Shown piece after piece: positions 58,501 through 64,000 of a stretch of 64,000 bases of DNA. This DNA comes from Parcubacteria group bacterium (GTDB lineage Bacteria > Patescibacteriota > Minisyncoccia > Moranbacterales > UBA2206): assembly GCA_041661275.1 (NCBI GenBank), contig JBAZUU010000003.1:92833-156832 (forward strand), read 5' to 3'. Made by a program: the position numbers and the translations under genes. Numbering within the stretch: position 1 is the first letter of the stretch; the number at the start of each line of letters is the position of its first letter. Below the pieces are notes generated by a model. That model did not search any database, had not been told where the DNA came from, and saw only the letters and a list, made by a program, of their open reading frames with translations.

Positions 58501-59811
58501 ATGTTGGCAATACTAGTATTTATTATCATTTTAGGAGTTTTGATTTTTGTTCACGAACTGGGTCATTTTGTGGTGGCAAGACGCAATGGAATTCGATGCT
58601 ATGAATTCGGTTTTGGTTTTCCTCCAAGATTTTTTGGCATCCAGTTTATAAAAGGTGAGCGGATGGAAAAAGTGAGTGAAGTGGAGGAGATGAAAGTAGA
58701 GGTAACAGATATAAAATCCGGAGATGAAGAGATTCTAACCGAAACAGTGACAGAAAAGATCCATAAAGTGGACAAATTGATGCCGGTCGGACGATGGAGA
58801 ATTATCTGGGGGCATGACGACGATGATGAGAATGAAAAAAGAGATTGGGATGAAATTGAAAAAAATAATTACAAACGTAGCACGATATATTCTCTCAACT
58901 GGATCCCGATCGGCGGGTTCGTGAAGATAAAAGGCGAGGACGGCGAGCATCGAGATGATCCGGACAGTTTTTCATCGCGCCCTGCTTGGACACGGACAAA
59001 AGTGCTCGCGGCCGGAGTGGCGATGAATTTTGTTCTGGCTTGGTTTCTGATATCTCTTGGACTTATGATTGGCGCTCCGCAGGCAGTGGAAGGAAACAAT
59101 GCTCCAGCTGACTCAAAGATCCAAATTGCCGAAATTGCCAAAAGCAGTCCGGCTGAAACAATGGGGCTAAAGATTGGAGATGAAATTTCCAAAGCGCAGG
59201 TTGCGCCCGATGGAAAAAATATAAGCCTAAAAAACATAGAAGAGGTTCAAAATTATATCAATTCAAATAAGGGTCAGGAAGTTACATTAAAAATAATCCG
59301 GGGAAAAGAAATATTGGATATAAAGGGGACTCCGAGGGCTGCGGCTCCGGAAGGGCAGGGGCCGCTGGGGATTGCTATGGCCGAGACGCAGCTGGTAAGT
59401 TATCCGTGGTATGAAGCTATTTGGAAAGGTTTAATTTTTACCGGAAATCTTATCGTTACTATTCTTGTCGCTTTTTATGGACTGCTCAAAAGCCTTATTA
59501 TGGGTCAGAGCGTCGGTGCGGCAGTAACTGGGCCGGTGGGAATAGCCGTTCTTACCAAAGACGTGACAAACTTGGGTCTGGTTTATATCCTGCAATTTGC
59601 CGCGGTACTCTCGGTGAATCTTGGCATAATAAACATTTTGCCTATCCCAGCGCTTGATGGCGGACGAATATTTTTTATCCTCATTGAAAAAATAAAAGGC
59701 AAACCGGTATCTCATAAAGTAGAACAAGCTTTTCACACCGCATTTTTTATGCTTCTTATCATGCTTATGCTGGCCGTTACTTTTCATGACGTGATGAAGT
59801 TGGCGAAATAA
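58501..59811 (+). CDS. rseP: RIP metalloprotease RseP (M50, PDZ)
   Basis: HELGH, PIGGFVKI, AGVAMN, PDZ domain, NILPIPALDGG. Confidence 0.92.
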   Translation: MLAILVFIIILGVLIFVHELGHFVVARRNGIRCYEFGFGFPPRFFGIQFIKGERMEKVSEVEEMKVEVTDIKSGDEEILTETVTEKIHKVDKLMPVGRWRIIWGHDDDDENEKRDWDEIEKNNYKRSTIYSLNWIPIGGFVKIKGEDGEHRDDPDSFSSRPAWTRTKVLAAGVAMNFVLAWFLISLGLMIGAPQAVEGNNAPADSKIQIAEIAKSSPAETMGLKIGDEISKAQVAPDGKNISLKNIEEVQNYINSNKGQEVTLKIIRGKEILDIKGTPRAAAPEGQGPLGIAMAETQLVSYPWYEAIWKGLIFTGNLIVTILVAFYGLLKSLIMGQSVGAAVTGPVGIAVLTKDVTNLGLVYILQFAAVLSVNLGIINILPIPALDGGRIFFILIEKIKGKPVSHKVEQAFHTAFFMLLIMLMLAVTFHDVMKLAK

Positions 59812-59860
59812 ATCGAAATAAATCGTTGCAAAAAAGCCTAATTTATGTTAAAGTGGCACT

Positions 59861-60286
59861 ATGAAAATTGACGTTAAAAAATTAAATAAGGGAGTTTTGG
59901 AACGGGGCATAAGGCTTGTTGTTTTATTTGGTTCTCAAGCCGAAAAAAAAGCCCGCAGTGATAGCGACTATGACATTGCTGTTTTAACAACAAACAAAAA
60001 AAATATAAAAGAACTTGATAATTATAATAATGCTCTGTTTTTTTTATGTGAAGCTTTGAATATTCCGGATTATAAAATGGACTTGACTAATTTAAACGAT
60101 GCCAGTCCTTTTTTGATGAACGAAATAACCAGATCTAGCCGGCTTATATTTGGAGATGGGGATGATTTTGCTGCTTTCAAAGCTAACGCGATGCGGGAAT
60201 ATATTGCTACGCGCGGCCTCAGGGAGTTGGAAGAAAAACTTATAATCAAGCGTCAAAAAATATTGGCGGAAAAAATTTATGCTTAG
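59861..60286 (+). CDS. Minimal nucleotidyltransferase (MNT/MntA-type antitoxin)
   Basis: LFGS-x-SDYDIAV motif; overlaps the HEPN gene. Confidence 0.88.
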   Translation: MKIDVKKLNKGVLERGIRLVVLFGSQAEKKARSDSDYDIAVLTTNKKNIKELDNYNNALFFLCEALNIPDYKMDLTNLNDASPFLMNEITRSSRLIFGDGDDFAAFKANAMREYIATRGLRELEEKLIIKRQKILAEKIYA

Positions 60287-60740
60287 AAAGGATTTTATTA
60301 AAAAGAAAATAAGCCTTATTCAGGAAGAGCTTGGCAGACTGGTGGTTTTTAAGGATTTTACTCTCGAAGAAATCGCTGGAGATTTTTTCAAATATAATAC
60401 TCTCGAACGGTTGCTGGAAAAAATTATTATACGAGCTATAGATATAAATCAGCATATTATCGGAGAATTAGCTGACGAGAAAACCAAAGCTCCGGACAGC
60501 TATCGGGATACTTTTACGGAAATTACAAAATTTGAAGTTTATCCGAAAGAGTTTGGGGAAAAGATATCGCAAAGTGTGGGGACTAGAAATGTATTGGTTC
60601 ATGACTATGATGACGATGAAACTGATTATAAAAAAATTTATTATTCAGTAGGCGACTGTCTGAAGGAATATCATAAATATTGCGAATACATTTTGGAATT
60701 TTTGGAGAAAGGAAAAGCATCCGAAACCCGCCTTGTTTAA
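60279..60740 (+). CDS. HEPN (DUF86/HepT-type) RNase toxin
   Basis: ERLL..IIIRAIDI..H and RNVLVHDY (Rx4HxY). Confidence 0.88.
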   Translation: MLRKDFIKKKISLIQEELGRLVVFKDFTLEEIAGDFFKYNTLERLLEKIIIRAIDINQHIIGELADEKTKAPDSYRDTFTEITKFEVYPKEFGEKISQSVGTRNVLVHDYDDDETDYKKIYYSVGDCLKEYHKYCEYILEFLEKGKASETRLV

Positions 60741-60853
60741 AATAGAAAAATCAAGAATTCAGCTCGTTTTGCTGTTTCGACACTCAATTTTAGATAGTGC
60801 AGTGAAAATTAATGAATAAAATGGCTTGTTATAGCCATTTTTTGTAACCAACC

Positions 60854-60882
60854 TTTACAAAAGTCGTTTTTGGGTGTATAAT
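60854..60882 (+). promoter_or_regulatory. Sigma70-type promoter of the DGR target gene
   Basis: TTTACA-17 nt-TATAAT. Confidence 0.6.
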
Positions 60883-60971
60883 CACATATTCTTTCCAGCG
60901 CGGAGAGAATCTCTGACCTCGGGACGAGGGGTAAAAAAATTGGGCGAACGAGCCTAAAAAAGGAGACGAGT

Positions 60972-61895
60972 ATGGGTGATGTAAGAGAGGTTCTTGAAAA
61001 ACTGCAGGACTTGGATGCGGGAAAGCTGCTTGCATTAGTCGATGCTTTCCCTGGACAAAGAGCAGGACTGGATGCAGTTCTGCGTGGAGAAGAGCGAATT
61101 ATTCTCGAAAAAATAATTCGCAAACTCCTTGATAAAAGCGGACGCTGTATTCCCGCGCACCTTGGTATCACAGCCAGTGTGTGTGACGAGAACCGCGGTT
61201 TCCATGTCGAGCTTCCCAAGCTCAGCTACGCGGAAATTCGCGAGCGGACTGCCGGTTTTTTCCCGGGTACGGAAGTTGCTTCGGCGAATAAATTTGTAGA
61301 TGTAGCCGAAGTGCTTAGAGCGAAGTATGATAGCCACGAATTGGTGGGCAATTTCTTTCAGCGCGCTCGGCCGATTGTTCTGCCGAAGTGTGATGCGCGG
61401 GAAAACTACGGCTCATTAATGCAGAATTTCATCCTGCCGGCGGTGGAGCGGGCTTATAAGGACCAGTTTCCCAAGCGAAAATTCACAAATTACCGCAAAG
61501 GCGAACTGGATGGAAAAATCGCCATCATTTCCGATACCGGCCATGAAGAGTTGGTGTCGCTGATGGCCGAGGAATCAGTTGTCGCCTGGTATTCGCCGAA
61601 CCCGCTTCAGGGATTTTCTATCTTTGCCCAGCGTGAAGCGATGAAAATCCTTATGCGGCATGGAGGATTTGCATTGGCCGGCGGCGTGGACACGGGAACA
61701 GCGGTCGTCGCCTATACTGAAACGATGGCGCGCGATTTCAAAACCCCGGCCTATATCTGCAGCGCTCTTTCGTGGCGGTCCGCCGACGATTCGCTCTGCT
61801 TCGGCGCGGGCGGCGGCGGGTTCGGCTTCGGCGGCGCCGCCGGTCTCGCCGATGCGTACTACGACGGCTCTGGCGGCCTCGTCCTCTTCAGGTAG
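60972..61895 (+). CDS. DGR target protein with C-terminal variable region
   Basis: The last about 42 codons match the TR; ends SGGLVLFR*; AAGGAG RBS; no signal peptide. Confidence 0.9.
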   Translation: MGDVREVLEKLQDLDAGKLLALVDAFPGQRAGLDAVLRGEERIILEKIIRKLLDKSGRCIPAHLGITASVCDENRGFHVELPKLSYAEIRERTAGFFPGTEVASANKFVDVAEVLRAKYDSHELVGNFFQRARPIVLPKCDARENYGSLMQNFILPAVERAYKDQFPKRKFTNYRKGELDGKIAIISDTGHEELVSLMAEESVVAWYSPNPLQGFSIFAQREAMKILMRHGGFALAGGVDTGTAVVAYTETMARDFKTPAYICSALSWRSADDSLCFGAGGGGFGFGGAAGLADAYYDGSGGLVLFR

Positions 61896-61896
61896 C
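61768..61896 (+). repeat. DGR variable repeat (VR) with invariant 3' end (IMH region)
   Basis: 129-nt gap-free match to 62259-62387; last 29 nt identical. Confidence 0.95.
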
Positions 61897-61966
61897 GCGG
61901 GGGATTGTTCTTTGGAATTTTTTCTCTTGGGCCAGGTATTTTGGCTTTTGGTCTTTGGGAAAATGG

Positions 61967-62000
61967 GAGGCGCGGTGATTTTTCACCCCGCCTCTTTTTA
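61967..62000 (+). terminator. Hairpin downstream of VR (terminator and/or DGR homing hairpin)
   Basis: gaggcg-c-ggtga-tttt-tcacc-c-cgcctc followed by a T-run. Confidence 0.6.
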
Positions 62001-62258
62001 TTTTTTCAAAAATTTGGTAAACTTATTTTGAGAGTAGGCTAATGCATCTTGATTTACGGATCAAGGTCGCCGAAATTGTATGATTCTTCATAGAGCATCA
62101 GAATCTTGCCGTTGCGACATTCCTGACTTTTCAGATTGCAAGAGCGTATGCGAAGATTTATAGGCGCTACTTATTTCTTTCCAGCGCTCAAAAGGGGCGG
62201 AATAAAATTCAGTCTTGCATAATTTTGCGGGGCAGTGAAACGGGCGGAAAGAAATAAA

Positions 62259-62387
62259 TTTCGTGGCAGTCCGCCGACTATTCGCTCAACTTCAACGCGA
62301 ACGACGACGAGTTCAACTTCGACAACACCGACAATCTCGCCGATGCGAACAACAACAACTCTGGCGGCCTCGTCCTCTTCAGGTAGC
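62259..62387 (+). ncRNA. DGR template repeat (TR)
   Basis: AAC/GAC-rich copy of the VR; 24 of 25 differences are at TR adenines. Confidence 0.93.
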
Positions 62388-62431
62388 ACCCAAAAACAAG
62401 AGTCCCGTTTTTCGGGACTCTCATCTTTTTG

Positions 62432-62782
62432 CTAATTAAGCGATTTTTGCCATCCGCCGATCATCCGACCTATTTCCTGAATTTGTTTTTGCAACGCCAG
62501 ATATTTTTTGCTGTCCAGCATCTTTATATCATTGCCGAGCCGGATAAAAATTTTCAGCGTATCAAATTTTATATTCGCTTTTCTGATGTACGCGATCTTT
62601 TCCGGTTTTGACGCGCTTCCGGCGGCCAGCAAAAGCTCAAGAGTTTCGATGATATACATTTCGCATTTGCTTCCAAGAGTGTATTTGTCCTTTTTGGGAA
62701 ATAATTTTGAGTAGCTATAAAAACTTTTATATAGCTCATAAACCTTCTTTATAACCGGCAAATTATTATTGTAATCACTCAT
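62432..62782 (-). CDS. avd: DGR accessory variability determinant (Avd-like four-helix bundle)
   Basis: 116 aa, basic; FPKKDKYTLG, LKIFIRL, EIGRMIGGWQK; lies between TR and RT. Confidence 0.88.
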   Translation of the reverse strand: MSDYNNNLPVIKKVYELYKSFYSYSKLFPKKDKYTLGSKCEMYIIETLELLLAAGSASKPEKIAYIRKANIKFDTLKIFIRLGNDIKMLDSKKYLALQKQIQEIGRMIGGWQKSLN

Positions 62783-62786
62783 AAAT

Positions 62787-63882
62787 ATGTACGATAAATT
62801 AGTTAGCTTGGAAAACCTTTTTGTTTCCTGGAAAGAATTCAGGAAAGGAAAACAGAATAAAACTGATGTCCAGTTTTTTGAAAGATTTTTAGAGGATAAC
62901 ATTTTTGCTATCCATGAAGAATTAAAGAATCAATCTTATCGCCATGACAAATACAAAACTTTTTATATTCAAGACCCAAAACCGAGGATTATCAGTAAAG
63001 CAACGGCGAAAGACAGATTTGTCCATCACGTCGTTTCTCGTGAGCTATATGACGTTTTTGATTCTTCTTTTATATTCCATTCCTATTCTTCGAGGGAAGA
63101 AAGAGGAACTCATCTGGCTGTCAAAAATCTTTCAAAGTGTTTGAGACGAACGAGCAGAAATTATACTCGTCCGGCCTATGTTCTAAAATGTGACATCAGA
63201 AAATTCTTTGCCAGCATGGATCATAAAAAACTTCTGGAATTGATCGAGCGCAAAATTTCCGATAAGAACTTTTTGTGGCTGATTGAAGAAATAATCAACA
63301 GTTTTTCTTCAGGAGAAGCCTTGCAATTAGCGGAAAATGCTTGGGGGGGGGGCGTTAAAAGGTGGGAAAATTGGAAAAAAGGGACTTCCGATTGGCAACA
63401 TCACTTCGCAAATTTTTGCTAACATATATCTCAACGAGTTGGATTGGTTCATAAAAAGAAAGTTAAAAGTGAAAAATTATTTTCGCTATGCCGACGATTT
63501 TGTTATAGCCCATTGCGAAATTGGTTATTTGAAAGAAGCTTTGTCGCAAATAGACCATTTTTTGAAGAATAAATTAAAATTAGAGCTTCATCCTAATAAA
63601 GTCGAAATACGAAAATTTAGCCAGGGAATAGATTTTTTAGGATATGTTATCCTTCCTCATTATATAGTGTTGCGAACAAAAACCAAAAGGCGGATGATGA
63701 AAAAACTATCATTGAAACATAAGATGCTCCGAGAAGAGTTGGTTTCCGAAGAATCACTCAATCAAAGCGTTCAGTCGTATTTTGGGATACTAAAGCATTG
63801 CGAAGGGTATGGAATTGAGGGGAAAATATTGAGGTTAAAGAGGCAGAATATGGAACGTAGTTCAGTTTTTTTATTGTTTTGA
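62787..63882 (+). pseudogene. DGR reverse transcriptase, frameshifted at G10 (63343-63352)
   Basis: Frame 1: KPRII, DRFVHH, RGTH, LKCDIRKFFASMDH. Frame 2: GLPIGNITSQIFANIYL, YFRYADDF, GIDFLGY. Removing one G gives a single 364-aa ORF. Confidence 0.88.
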
Positions 63883-64000
63883 CACTCATCGCTAATTAGC
63901 GTATTATATATAAGAAATAAGAATAAAAATAAAAAATATTACTCTAATTAAACAGACGTCTAGTAGTGTTTCTTTTTGTGTTTTTATCCCCCACCACCTT

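Larger units (their letters stand above)
60972..63882 (+). mobile_element. Diversity-generating retroelement (target/VR - TR - avd inverted - RT)
   Basis: Adenine-specific TR/VR mismatches, an Avd-like gene and a DGR-type RT within 3 kb. Confidence 0.95.

Noticed and set aside
1-60900. Additional remote VR targets for the TR
   Set aside because: No second match to the invariant 3' TR segment was seen by eye; a proper search of the whole genome is needed
62171-62435. ORFs 62235-62435 (+) and 62171-62389 (-) over the TR
   Set aside because: Low-complexity translations of the AAC-rich template repeat
62787-63882. Group II intron or retron assignment for the RT
   Set aside because: Short RT with GNxxSQ motif, no maturase/endonuclease extension, and an adjacent TR/VR pair and avd identify it as DGR-type

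Overview
AT-rich bacterial chromosome segment read with genetic code 11 (TGA stops, prfB present). Gene content and style suggest Patescibacteria/CPR (Parcubacteria, possibly Moranbacteria-like); this is an inference. Most genes lie on the + strand and are housekeeping: ispH, short-type aspS, scpA/scpB, a D,D-carboxypeptidase, mraY, pgk-eno-gpmI, an ADP-forming acyl-CoA synthetase, recJ, RNase HI, a MacAB-type ABC exporter, four PFOR subunits, prfB, ftsEX, hrcA-grpE-dnaK-dnaJ with two CIRCE boxes, frr, rseP and three tRNAs. Solo accessory genes and toxin-antitoxin modules (Fic, AbiEii-type pair, MNT-HEPN) are interspersed. Highlights: (1) A diversity-generating retroelement at 60.9-63.9 kb. 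24 of its 25 TR/VR mismatches fall at TR adenines, avd is inverted and head-to-head with RT, and RT is split by a frameshift at a G10 tract. (2) A six-copy family of structured CGTCAT...ATGACG palindromic elements, one of which carries a stand-alone GIY-YIG nuclease gene in its central loop. (3) A decayed histidine-kinase tail with three short palindromes inserted without target-site duplication. (4) Many other intergenic and intragenic palindrome families. (5) A Nudix-GrpE fusion. All calls were made by eye from motifs; no database searches were run.
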